64,000 nucleotides of DNA, taken from positions 44,739 to 108,738 of the forward strand of contig MNCI01002465.1 of assembly GCA_015680685.1 (NCBI GenBank). Direction: 5' to 3'. Source of the DNA: Gnetum montanum (lineage: Eukaryota > Plantae > Gnetophyta). Below the pieces are notes generated by a model. The model saw only the letters and a list, made by a program, of their open reading frames with translations, ran no database searches and had not been told where the DNA came from. Made by a program: the position numbers and the translations under genes. Positions 13,134 to 25,556 of this stretch are shown here, piece by piece (position 1 is the first letter of the stretch; each line of letters opens with the position of its first letter).

Positions 13134-13203
13134 TCCTTGGAATTGAATCTTTGACTTCCAAATCATAAGCTACATGCTCTAATTGAGTGAGTTATGTCTC
13201 ACT
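13134..13203 (-). mobile_element. SINE head (same family as 1433)
   Basis: The reverse complement AGTGAGACATAACTCACTCAATTAGAGCATGTAGCTTATGATTTGGAAGTCAAAGATTCAATTCCAAGG aligns to 1433-1501. Confidence 0.6.
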
Positions 13204-14660
13204 TGGATTGTCAATCAACAAGCTATAATTTTGAGCTTAGTGCTTTAACTTTGCACTCAACATTTTGAAGTAATTAGGATTTATTGGAACACTACCCCAT
13301 GGTAGCTTCATTCTAACTATATAGTTTTAGGTAAATGACAAGTCATTAAAAGCACATCGGTAAGTTTGAACTGTTATTTTTTTATGGTAAGTTCAACCAA
13401 GAGCATGTTGGGTGTATGGCTTAACTTAGCATTGCCTATTGGAATGGAACTTGTGACTTGGGATTTTCATGGTAAAAATTTTTAATAAATACAAAAAAGT
13501 ATGTTGTCTAATAAGCTTTTTTTTTAAACTTGAATTTCATCTTTTTTAACTTGAATTTCATCACCAATAACTAGTATTTTTAATTGTTGAAAGACTTTTC
13601 TATATATCTTTAAAAACATGTTTTGCATAACTTTACTATCTTTACTAAGTTTTGGACATTAACTGTAAGGACCAATTGACAAGGCATTCTTGATTTGCAT
13701 AATTTTGCTATCTCTTCTAAATACTTAGAAATTAATTACCTAGATAAAGAATGATAGAGATGGGACTAAGGCTAATGTGAATGAACAATTAAAAGTTAGA
13801 TCTTTCTACCATCCTCATTAAAGATACCATCCTCATTAAAGATAGTTATAATGTTTGTTTGAGTCTACTTCATTTCATGGTAAGAATATTCATAAAGAGA
13901 TTTGTAAAATAATTTGATATAAATAGGTTGGGAGCTTGTTTTTAGATCCTCATTCTTAGAAAAATAGATTAGTCTTTGATAATGGTTAGTTGAACAACCA
14001 TGACTATGAAAACATTAATGATATCTTTGTAGTGCTTGTTTCTCAAGTTGTAAGACATGAGTTTGAGCCTAGGTGCAAAAACTTGAAAAAAAGTTAGACT
14101 TTTGCTCATCCATCGACCCTCTTGGGACTTTGCTTTAGCAAGATGAGCATTAAGCCTTGGAGATAATCCTTTTTTATTGCCAAATTGGCTATATAAATGT
14201 CCATTAGAACAATAATCTCATTATTAGAAATGTAATAATATAAGCAATTAAAATCTTTAAAGGAAATGATGATAAAATATTCAATAATTAGATTTTTAGC
14301 ATTTTAAATTACATACTCTAATAATAGTATTGAGGTGTTAGACACTAACATTCTATGGTTTAGTTGGTTCTTATCAAATACTAACATCCTACAATTGATT
14401 GATCCTCCCTCTAATACTAGAGCTATAATCATTCTCTAGTCAACTATGATAGATAAGCATTGTCATCTTATATCTCATTTATGATAGACTAATTATTAAG
14501 GTGGATGAAGATTTACTATGCCTAGTTCTCTACCTAATACTATATTTCAGGCCTAACATAATAGTCCCTTAACACATATTTTTACCATGCCTACCGTCGT
14601 TGCTGCCCCACCACGTCTGTTACCCCCCACAAACCCCCCCACCCAAGTAGCATATGTTTT

Positions 14661-15333
14661 TAAGGATTGAGAATTTAGAAGGGGGGGTGGGGGTTGAATA
14701 AGTTTCCCAAAATGAAAATTGATCAGTTACAAAAATCACACCCAAATTTTATGTGGTTCCCCAACTTGGGTACGTCCATACTTGGAGGGTAGAATCTTTG
14801 CACACCTTTGGACTTTGTTTCTCAAAAATGTGGTTTGAAGGGTACCACACCCTGTATAAGCTTTGAGATCTACATCGGAGGGTTTCATCATAGCGAAACC
14901 ACTTAACCCCACAAAGTCCCAACAAGCTTAGAATGTGGTTTCAAGGATCTCATAACCTTTACAAAATTGAGCTATGCTTTAGAGCATTTTGATGCTACAC
15001 AAACACTCAATCCCACAGGATCCCAACAAGCTCAATGACGATGTCTTCTTGCAAGAAGCACATCAATCCCGCAAGGCCATAAGAAAGGAAAATAAGCACA
15101 AGGAGAGAGTGTAGTCTCAATCCTTCCTCTCAATCCTCTCAATCCTTGGAGCATCTTCATTTAGCTTGTAGTCTTTGTATTGTCTATGAAGTCTTTTAAT
15201 TTAATAGCCATGCTTTCTTGAGTCCTTGTCCATGATGTGGAGTCCTTATTCTTGTCCTGTAAATACAACATCCACAAAAAACATTCTTTGTTCTTCATTT
15301 TTCTTAAGGTTTTGACATACCAAAAGGTCAACA
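14661..15333 (-). repeat. 3' LTR of Sirevirus-type element (internally deleted)
   Basis: Aligns to 19315-19493 + 20294-20570 + 21025-21227 and lacks about 455 bp present in the other LTR. Confidence 0.85.
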
Positions 15334-15899
15334 ATCTACCCCTTTTTGGTGATGTCCAAAACATAAGAAAATGGATGAGTATAATTATGCAAAGAAAATA
15401 TAGTACAAGCACTTCTCCCTCTTTTTGGACACGAACAAAAAGGATAATGCACAGTAGCTCTATGATAGAAAAGGAAATCTTAAAATATTAAAGTATTAAA
15501 GGATCAAGATAGATAAATTCCAATGGTAGCCATGGTGATAACAAAGACAATGGCTCTAAGGATCAAGACACAGGGTAGAGATTGCATGAAATCTAAGAAT
15601 AAGACTATAAAGGGAAAAATTTGTATCTATAACAAAAACATCAAAAACACATAAGCATGATATAAATGCATAAACTATTTGTTCATGAACTATCTGCATA
15701 AATTGTTCATACAACTTGTCCATAATGCATACAACCATTAATATATCCTCATCATGTACAAAAACCACATATGTGTTTATCATCAAGCAAAAAGGAGAGA
15801 GCACCCAAGGATTGTAATCCTTGACCTTGGCCATGTCATCGGAGTCATCATTAGAAGCAATTGCAGCTCGAGAAGGCTGATAGGTCTCCTCATCATCAT

Positions 15900-17130
15900 C
15901 ATCATTGTTGGTGTTGGTGCTAGACATGTGCTACTCATCATCATTGTTTGAAGAAGGTAGCTAGATTGGAGCTCTTCATGGATGAAGCTGGTGGATTTGA
16001 CTAGGATGGAGCCTATTGAGAGGATGAGGAAGCTCCCTTCATCTAATAGGTGAGAGGCTTAGCAGGTCTTCACTAGGAAGAAGTTCCAAAAGTGCTCCCC
16101 ATAGCCTATTGCTCAAAAGTCATGGGAGCATCATCCTATGGATAAGAATTCGGTCTTGTTTGTGTGGTGTCATGAAGCTTTCCATCAACATGTGTCAGTG
16201 GTGCATTAGGCCCTAGAAGGTCCAACTACTATTGAATGTTGAGGTGGAACAGGAAGATCATCCTTGTTGTCTGAAATGGAAGGAGTGGTGATCTTCTCAA
16301 ATGGTTATCCATCGAGAGGCAGAGGAATCCCAACAACATCCAATCTCTTATGAAGGTAAGAGAGATTCCAATTGATCATCCCAAGTGTGTGAGCAAGTGG
16401 CTTGAACAACTTCTTTAGTGAAGACCTCATATGGCTCCTTGTAGATTTGGACCTCCTCAACTATGGAGAGGTCTAGGATGGAGATGTCGATCTCTCCTTT
16501 TGGAATTGCAGTGACCTGGTGCTAGGTTTTGCTTCATCAACATGGGAGGAGCTCCTCTTCTTTGCATACTTACTAAGGCTCCTCTTACCTTTAATCAAAG
16601 GAATTTTTGAAATGGGTACACCTCTTTGATGGATCAGCAGACTAATGAGGTGAGGATGTCCAAAGATCCTCCCTTTGGTGAACATGCTCAGCATGTCATG
16701 GTAGAGAGTATGACCCAAGTCCAAATGTTTTCTTGTAAGAAGGCAATATAGAATAAATGCTTGGGTAGGTAGCAAATAGTTATAGCTTCCCCCTTTCACA
16801 ATGATGTTATACAAGACAATGAGTGATAGGATGGAAGCATCAGAGTCCATTTGACTTCTATAAATCCTTCCTCTACTATGAGACATAGACTTCCCAAACA
16901 ATGCATCACAAAATTCATCTTGGGTAATGGGAATCACACCATTCGTAAAAATATCATGCGTGGAATGAATGATGACCCTAAATACGTCAGTGCTAGTAAT
17001 CCCAATAAGTGCATTAACTACTTGAGAAGACACCTCTATGACCAAATCCCCAACCATGGAAGTAAAAGCCCCAACAACAACATTTGTAAAGACTATACTA
17101 CTATAAAATTCCTAAATGAGAATTTTGGGT
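15900..17130 (-). pseudogene. env-like ORF of Sirevirus-type element (approximate ends)
   Basis: ORF 16473-17057 (MVGDLVIEVSSQVVNALIG...ILYCLLTRKHLDLGHTLYHDM..GHPHLISLL) lies between gag and the multi-PPT region, followed by a low-complexity S/P/D tail. Confidence 0.7.
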
Positions 17131-17653
17131 ACACAAAAATTCATAGAGATAAATGGGTACCCAAAATTCTCATTTAGGAATTTTATAAAGATAAATGTGT
17201 ACCCAAAATGAGAATAAAATTCCTACCACATTAAAAGAAAACTCAGGTACATGTCTCCTTTCATTAGTAGATGTCTCCTTTTGAATGCTGATGTCTCATT
17301 AAGATGTGAATCAGCAAGATGAGGAATAGGGATAGCTACCAAGGTCAAAAGATACTTACAATGAACTAAAAGGCTTACCTCTACTTACCTTCATTGTTGA
17401 TGAAAAGATGAGAACACCTAAGAAGATTGAGAAAGAGATTCCTCTATTGAGGTACCTCTTCTTGCATCAACTTCCTCTATTTCCAAGGACTATCTTTCTT
17501 TCACAAAGTTTCTGGAGAGGGTCTTTTCACTATCATTTTTGTTTCTATTGATTCTCCATATCTTCTTAGCTTCCTTGTCCTTGTTTTCTTATGGTACAGC
17601 ATAGTTTCCTTTCTAGACACATTTGGTTAAGACTAAGGAGTCTTATGATATAA

Positions 17654-19250
17654 CTAGGTGTTTACAAGATAATATTTCACATTGCAATTCCATTGCTTAT
17701 GCCCAAAACTATTACAGTAATAACATCTAACCTTTCTATTATGATTAGAGTAATCAAACCTTGGATTTGTTCGTGGTTGGGATGTGATATTTGTTGATAC
17801 TTCAATCTTTGGAGAAGCCTTTTGTTTAAATGAATTTTGTGTAGATGCTTCTTCTTGTGAGAAATACCCTAGTCCACTTGTATCATATGAGCTTCTTCCT
17901 TGCCCAAGAATCATCCAAAGGGACTCTTTTCCTTTGGCCAACCTTTCATTTACAAGTTTTTCATCTACAAGTTCTTCCTTAATATGCTCATAAGACTTGG
18001 TTAGCTCTTTATTCTCAGCCCTAAGGTATAAGATTTCTTTTGTGAGATTAGAAGTTGTTATATTTAATGAAGAAATATTTTGATCCTTGGTTTTTACTTG
18101 CTTAGTCAACTTTACACAAAGACTTTGAAACGATAAGAGTTCCTTACACAATAGGTCATATCTCTCTTCCTCATTCTCAAATTGATCATAATCTAAGATG
18201 CCAACTTCATCATCTATGAGAGCCATACAGATGAGGTGTGAATCTTTTGCAACATCCTCCACCTCATCTTCATTTTATTCTCCATCATTCCAACTTGTGT
18301 AAAAATTAGTCTTTTTCCTATCCACATCATTCTTGTCTTTCTATTGTAACCTATCATTACTAGGACATTTGGAGGCCACAGGGCCTCTTCCACAACAAAT
18401 CCAACATTCTATCAAAAAAGAATCAAAATTAGAGTTTGATAAATACTTATCTTTAAGCCTATCCTTAGTCTTGGATTGGTTGGATCTTTGTTGATAAAGG
18501 TTGTTACCTCTTTTTCTTGTAAGTAGTCATTAGATTTTTTCTTGAAAGAAGAGCTATCTTCTCTCTGCTACTCACATCTTGCTTAGTAGGTTCCTTTTCC
18601 TTGGAGATTGATTTTAGGGCAATAGGCTTTTCCTTTATTGCCCCTTCGCTTATGAGGTTCATTCGTAGGCAATAAGAGCACTCAAATTTTAGAATTGAAA
18701 AATCTCTAATCTCCTTCATGGCTATAACCTTAGGTCTAAATTCTAGTTGGAGTGTTCAAATCATTTTTATTATCACGTCACTTTCAGGAAGGTCCTTGCA
18801 TGTACCCCTAATTGCTACAACTAGATCATTAGCCCTAGCAAAATAGTCTTTTATCTTTTCACCTTTTCTCATTTTGAGTTTATCATACTCACTTTGTAAG
18901 ATCAGAAGTTTGGATTGTTTGGCTATGGATGTGCCTTCATAAGTAGCTTCTAGGGGTTTTCCAAATTTCCTTTGTAGTTTTACAATGAGATATCCTATTA
19001 AATTTATATTTATTTAATCCACAATATAATTTTTTTTTGCTTTGGAATCATACATAAACTTATCCCTTTCTTTTGATGTCCACTTGCTCCATGGTTTGAG
19101 GGTCTTTGTTGCACTGTCAACTGGTGGTGTGTATCCTTTGAGAATGGACTCCCAAACCTCAAACTTAATTAATTTAATGAAGCCCTGCATCCTTGCCTTA
19201 TAGTAGGCAAAATCAAACCCATTTAACATAGGTGGCTTGGTGTATGACGT
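17654..19250 (-). pseudogene. copia gag (decayed)
   Basis: PPMLNGFDFAYYKARMQGFIK..EVWESILKGYTPP N-terminus, KPIALKS, a coiled coil, and the CCHC knuckle CYYCNSFGHKQWNC. Contains stops and frameshifts. Confidence 0.85.
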
Positions 19251-19314
19251 TTCCTTTATATTTTACTATTGAATGTTCATGTTGAGTGCAAGAGTACCAG
19301 GTTTCAATACCACT

Positions 19315-21227
19315 TGAGGATCAAGAACTTAGAAGGGAGGGTTAAATAAGTTTCCCAAAATGAAAATTGATTAGTCTTAAAAATCACACCCAAATTTTAC
19401 ATGGTTCTCCAACTTGGGTACGTCCACACTCAGAGGGCACAATCCTTGCATACCTTTGGACTTTGTTTCTTAAAAATGTGGTTTGAAGGGTATTGATGAG
19501 TGGCGAGGTACTCCTACACTCAACCATACGAATACGAGCATAACACTTGTGATCCGGTCGAACTCCATAGACTAAGTGCCTACACGCCTCATGGAAAACT
19601 TAAGGTTAATTATTCGTTGTCTTCCCAGACTTACTTGTATTTGTCACAGTGTATGGTTAAGTAAGTTCGAGGTATATGATTTTTATATCTTTTCTGTTTT
19701 ATCTCCTATGCTAGTGAGGTGAAGGGTTGAAGAGGCTAATTGACTAACTTTAACCAACTAACTAAGCCTTAATTAAACTAGTGTCAGCATCTGTTCCCAC
19801 TTACCGTTCACACCATGAATTGATGCAACCGTGGTTACCAAACGCTAGTCATTGCTGGGATCACCACGCGTAACGCACATGCTCGAAGCGGTCGTACTGA
19901 GGCGCTTAACTAGGAGAGAAGGGTTGAGAGAGATTTAATTCCTAATAAAGCATGTAAATGATAAATAGTAAATAACGATAAATAAAATCCTAATTAGCCT
20001 ATTCCATGCACTGCAAGGTTTATCCAAGAAGTTCGTCTTTATTGCCGTACACAAACATGTGTTTAGGTACAATATTTGCTTGAATAAAGATCCGTTCACT
20101 TTGGAGTTCCTACTGCGGGCACATGGAAAATATCCTATCTCTAGAGAGGTAAAACTACCAGAGTTTCCCTAAGGGTCTAGATCTAGATGAGAAAACAAGG
20201 GATAGTTGCCTCTTATTTATAGATATGATGGCACACCGCGATATCGCGGGGGATGACGCGATATCATGGCCCATGCAATATCATGTCCCATTAGGTACCA
20301 TACCTTGTGCAAGCCTTAAGCTCCACACCATAGTATTTCATCATAGCAAAACCACTCAACCTTGCAAGGTCCTAAAAAGCTCAAAATGTGGTTTCAAGGA
20401 TCTTTCAACCTTTACAAAATTGAGCTCACTCCAAAGTATTTTGATGCTACACAAACATTCAATCCCTTAAGATCCTGATAAGCTCAATGATGATGCCTTC
20501 TTGCAAGAAGCACATCAAACCCGTAGGGCTACAAGAAAGAAAAGTAAGCATAAGGAGAGAGTGTAACTCAATTTACAAATTCCTTGTATAATGAAACCCA
20601 GTTCTACAAATAATCAAGACAATGATATGAAAAATGAAGTACATAAGTATAACAACATAGAATAGATAATGATAGCTTTGATGTTAGCAATACCTACTAT
20701 ATTCCCAAGAGTTTGAAGATTACTTATAGCTTCAAAGTTTTTGAAAACACCTTAGACTTCGTGCAATGACTATTCAATAGCTAATGTAAACATCTCCTTT
20801 GAGATTGGGGTTTTTATCTAAAATCAGCTTCAACTCTAGGGAGATGTCTCCTTTTAGAATGCGATATCTTTGGGGAGACGTCTTCTTTCCAGAGGAGACA
20901 TCTCCTATTTTTAGGAGACATCTTTGCGTGATCGACTTCCTTTTAGCTAAGACATCTTCTATTCCTTGGAGACATCTTCTCAACTTTTGATCTCTAGTTC
21001 TTAAGGCTTTCTCTTGTTGATACAACTTCCTCTCAATCCTTTGAGCATCTTCATTTAGCTTGTAGTCTTTGTATTACCTACGAAGTCTTTTACTTTGATA
21101 GCCATGCTTTCTTGAGTCCTGTTCCATGATGTGGGGTTCTTGTTCTTATCTTGTAAATACAACATCCAAGATCAACATCCTTTGTTCTTCATTTTTCTTA
21201 AGGTTTTGACATATCCAAAGGTCAATA
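19315..21227 (-). repeat. 5' LTR of Sirevirus-type element (interrupted by a solo LTR)
   Basis: Adjacent to the PBS; carries an array of GGAGAYRTCTCC palindromic motifs at about 20838-20980. Confidence 0.85.
19494..20293 (-). mobile_element. Solo LTR of the Athila-like family, nested in the Sirevirus 5' LTR
   Basis: 800 bp, reverse-complement homologue of the LTRs of elements C and D. Target duplication GGTAT/GGTAC; the empty site GGTAC is visible in the other Sirevirus LTR at about 14841. Confidence 0.92.
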
Positions 21228-21329
21228 TTTTTAGCTTACCGCTTAGAATCAAACCTATATCTTACAAACCATAGCAACTATCACATTCCAAAAATTAAAC
21301 AAGAATGATGAAATTATAAAATTATCTTA

Positions 21330-23030
21330 ATAGGGAAAAAAAGAATATCTTTTGTGCTCAGATATTTAATACATAAGCAATAACCATATAATTTAGTGTT
21401 GTGTAGAAAGGGTTATCATGAAAATATTAACAAATCAACCAAATAGCATCAAGAAGACCATTGTTAAGTTGAAACCAATGTAGAGCTCTTGCTTGGGAAT
21501 CATAAGAAGCATATATAGTGTAGATACCAAAAATAGATAAAAAACATTTAAGAAAACTCAAACATCTTTGGTTTCTAAAATAGAACCAAAATAATTGATG
21601 CAAGCATAATATTTTTGAGCAACACAAAGAAGAATACCACGTCTTTCAACTTCATGATTTGTAAAAAATAACTTCCTCTAGGCATGAAAAAATTAGTTGT
21701 TGAAGTCAAATTAAAACCACAAATTTTAACATCTTAAAGATACACCCCCCCCCCCCCCAAAAAAAAAAAAAAAAGAATTCTAATAATGATATTAGACAAT
21801 TACTTATTATTGAGGGTCCAAGAAACTCTAAACATTCCAAGAGATGAATTGCATGAGGGTAATGCCTAACCCAATTCTTTCTTCAATATCTTTGACAAAA
21901 TAAAAAGGATTAACTTGTTCAAAACTAGAAGTAATAGGCTTACATCTTTGACAAATAATATACTCTAAAGTTCTTAAATTTTTATGCTTTAGGAGTATTG
22001 CATACGATGTGTTACTTCCTTCCCTTTGAGGATAAGGACCTCCTGAAATCACTGTATCAATCTTTGGAACTTGAGATGCTTCTTGGATAGTGGAATTTGA
22101 AGGTGATACCTTCTATATTTTTCTATGTTGCCATCTTACTTTTGACCATCCATCATCTTGAGGATTCACTTGTTTTTTCCAAGAGTTGATTTGAAGAATT
22201 CTCAATTCCTTTTCTAGAATTTTTAAAAGTAGCTTCTTCCTTAATTTCTTCTAATAATTTAACTTTAGTAGCTTTTTTGGTAATTAGTTTAGGATAGTTA
22301 AAAACCTTGTGAGGTGGCTTATGATAATAAAAACATGCAAGAAATGTTTTGTTCCAAAATCTTTCCTCTTTTTATGCTAGCTCAATATAAGATGAAAGTT
22401 CTTTGGTTAAATCTAGTTCTATACAACTCCTTCAGGTTGGTTGAGCACAAAAATTACTTTGTTTTACTAAAAAAAAAACACTTTACCAATTATACTAACA
22501 ATTAGAAAGAAAAAAACCATAGGCAACTTGGGAAACTCAATTGAAAGCAGCAAAATACTTTGTTGTGCTTTATCATGATCAAAATCCTTTTTCCATTTAT
22601 GTAAAACTAAAAAGGTATCATGCACAAACCATGAAATATTTTTAATTACATCACTTGTTTATTCCTCTATTTCAAATTAAAAAAGAAAAATAATTCTTGG
22701 TTACATTTAGAAAAAGAACATTATGAATACCTCTATGAGTCCAATGAATCTTCATCAAATCAATCAAAATTAATGTAGGTGGAATCCTTATGGTGAAAAA
22801 CCTAATAGCATAGTTCTTCAAAACATCTTGAATAACTATATCAAGAAAATCATCTAGTAGAGCAAAGTGAGGTTTAATGACGTCAGATTCAATCTCTACT
22901 TCTATAAAATTAAACCCAATGTTTCTATTAATATCCGTAGCTAAATCTTCTATGCAAGCCATAAGGCTTGTAGGCTCATAACCATATCTGTCAATGGAAG
23001 TTCTCCTATGCTTACCAAGGTCAATAAAAG
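21330..23030 (-). mobile_element. L1-clade LINE copy 1 (ORF1 + start of ORF2 endonuclease, decayed; approximate ends)
   Basis: MQFISWNV (endonuclease start) at about 21830-21855. Colinear inverted homology with L1 copy 2. Confidence 0.75.
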
Positions 23031-23039
23031 TTCTGTTGT

Positions 23040-23430
23040 GCTTCTCTTCCAAGGCTTTGAGTTTTCTTTTGGTGTAAATTTTGTCGACTTTCTTAGAATA
23101 ATGATGTAGCAACCTTTTTTTAATAGGCTTATTATTTGATCTTCTTTACATATGTCCAAACCATCTAAGATGTTATTTTTATAATTTATTTGAAATAAAA
23201 GCCATTCTAAGTCTTTCTCTAATGTTTGTATTATACAATTTATCTCTTCATGTAACATTCAACATCTACACATTCCCATTTTCACCATACAAATTTGTTG
23301 TTTATGCCTCTTTTGTATTACTCAACATTCAATATCATATAACATAGTAGACCTAGTTACTACCCTGTAAAAATTTTCTTTTAGTTTTATTTAGATTCTT
23401 TTAGCACATAAAACATAATAGGATAATACA
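23040..23430 (-). mobile_element. RTE-clade LINE 3' ORF remnant (approximate ends)
   Basis: The reverse strand contains CTTAGATGGTTTGGACATATG (LRWFGHM) and a decayed KFYR..MLY..ECW. Homologous to 8090-8600. Confidence 0.7.
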
Positions 23431-23629
23431 GGTTCTACCCAAGCTTTAGTGAGGAGATCGTTTGATGACCATGGATAAGCACAGGAGAACTTCCATTACC
23501 ATAGGTGATTAGAGATTTCGAGCCTTGTGGCTTGCATAGAAGATTTTACTATGGATGCAAATGGGAGTATAGGGTTTAATTCCATAGGAATAAGGATTGA
23601 ATCTCAAGCGGCTAAAGCTTATGTTACAT

Positions 23630-24731
23630 TGTGAAATGGTTTGCTTAATGTACTTATTTAGGATTGCTCAAAGCACTATGATGTTTGGTGTAGGAACACC
23701 TCTGTTGATTCCTTTGTGCTTTGTCATACAAGTTATTTTTGCGGGTTTCAGGCTTGAAGAAGATGTGTATGAGTGTGTCCCAATAGTGTGTTTTTTCTTG
23801 TAATTGATTTTTGTTGATGATGATTACTAGATGTTTTGGCATGTTTCAGGGTGTTTGGGTTCATTTTGATGAGTGTAGGGGGTTTCAAGGTCTATGGGGA
23901 CTTGTTTGGAGGCATATGGAGGTTCCAACTATCAAAATAAGCATTTTTGTGTTGGTCCTAGTAGGTGGGATGTTCCACTAGAAACTAGGACATCCTAGTT
24001 GAGACATCCCAACTGTGCAAGTGACATCTCAAGTAGGATGTCCCACTAGAATTTGGTATGTCCTAGGACCAAATGGAATGTTCCAAAAAAATAGTAGACA
24101 TGCCAATCGAGAGCTAGGTTTTCTTAGGGACGTCCTAGTGAGATCTAGGATGATCTAGATAGATAGGGAAACTTTCAAAAACTCCCATCACAATTCGGGA
24201 AATAGTTGAAACATGATGGAAAAAGATGAAAATAGTTGAGGAGAAGGTGAGAAGACTTGAAAAACATTTGAAAAACCTTAAGGTGAGTTGAGAAAATATT
24301 TCTATGATTCTTATCTTCTAGTTTTGACATAAATATTAATGTATTCATCATTATTGGGGATAATGAGTGAGAGAAAAGCTCTTGAGAGTGGAGAGCTGTG
24401 AAAGAGAGAGTGGGTGAGCACATGGAGTGAGTGAAAATGGTGATTGCAACTCTAAGATTAGCTTGTGATGTGTTGGTCTATGTGTTCTATTCTCTTGTAT
24501 ATCACTTATGAGTTGAGATCTCAGTCCTGGGCTATGGAAGATATTTCTATTGGTTGTGTCTTGCATTGAGAATAACCATTGTGTGGTTGTAAAGCCCCAT
24601 ACTTTGCAATATCAGTTGAGTGTGATAGGTTTTGGATGCTTGTGGGTTTTGTAAGCCCTGTTGTAATCTTTTAATAAATTAATTGAAGATAGCTACTTTT
24701 CTTATTTTCTAGAAAAATTTTTGTCTTTACA
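23630..24731 (+). mobile_element. Solo-LTR-like insertion in L1 copy 2 (approximate ends)
   Basis: L1 homology stops at about 23630 and resumes at about 24732. Partly homologous to the solo LTR 44956-45899 (TTGTTGRTGATGATT..AGATGTTTTGGCATGTTT). GGAYRTCC motif array at about 23965-24140. Confidence 0.6.
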
Positions 24732-25494
24732 TAATATTTGGATTCATTGCATTAAAGGTGATTTAATTGTGGAGTGAACTTGCTCCACTATTGGGGTTTT
24801 CATGGAAGGATTGTACCTACATCAATTTTGAACAATTGGATGAAAACTCATTAGACTTGCAGATGTATTCATAATATCCTTATTTTGAATATAATTAAGG
24901 GTTGTTTTCTTTTTTAATTTAAAATAGAGGAATAAACAAGTAATGCGATTAAGAATACCTTATGATTTGTACATGATATTTTGTTAGTTTTATGCAAATG
25001 ATAAGAAGACTTTACTTCTAAAAAAGTGCAAAAAAGTGTTTTGCTGATTTGCATTGAGTTCCCTAATTTCTCTATGATTTTTTTCTTGTAATCATAAATA
25101 TTACTAGTATGATTGGAAAAATGCTATTTTTAGGAAAGAAAAATGGCTTTTGTTCTTAGTCAACTCCAAAGATTTATGTAAAATTGGATTTAAGCAAACA
25201 AATTCCACCTTTTATTGAGCTACCATATAGAGAAAAGATTTTGGAACAAAAAATCTCTTATATTACCTTTTCTAATGCATGCTTCTATTGTCATGAGGTA
25301 TTTCACAATGTTTTTAACTATTCCAAACTAATTGCATAAAGAGTTTCTAAAGTTAAATTAGCAAAAGAAATTATGGAGTTAGAAGTTGCTCTTAAAAAAT
25401 TTTGAAAAAGGGATCAAGAATTCTTCAAATGAAATATTAGAAAAGTAAACGGATTCCCAGGAAAATGGATGTAGAAAAGTAAGGTGGTGTCAAA

Positions 25495-25507
25495 ACACAC
25501 ACAGAGC

Positions 25508-25539
<32 letters not shown>

Positions 25540-25556
25540 TAGATAGATAGATAGAT
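25495..25556. repeat. Compound microsatellite (CA)n(GA)n(GATA)n
   Basis: Read directly from the sequence. Confidence 0.95.

Larger units (their letters stand above)
14661..21227 (-). mobile_element. Sirevirus (SIRE)-type Ty1/copia LTR retrotransposon, non-autonomous (gag + env-like, no pol)
   Basis: Homologous LTRs at 14661-15333 and 19315-21227. Decayed iMet PBS (TGGTATTGAAACC on -, 19300-19312). PPT AAAAAGGGGTAGAT abuts the 3' LTR, with a second PPT at about 15411-15428. Flanks GTTTT/TTTTT. Contains gag and an env-like ORF. Confidence 0.88.

Noticed and set aside
13807-13842. 18-bp direct duplication (and 21-bp-period duplication at about 13527-13562)
   Set aside because: Ordinary local slippage or repair duplications in intergenic DNA.
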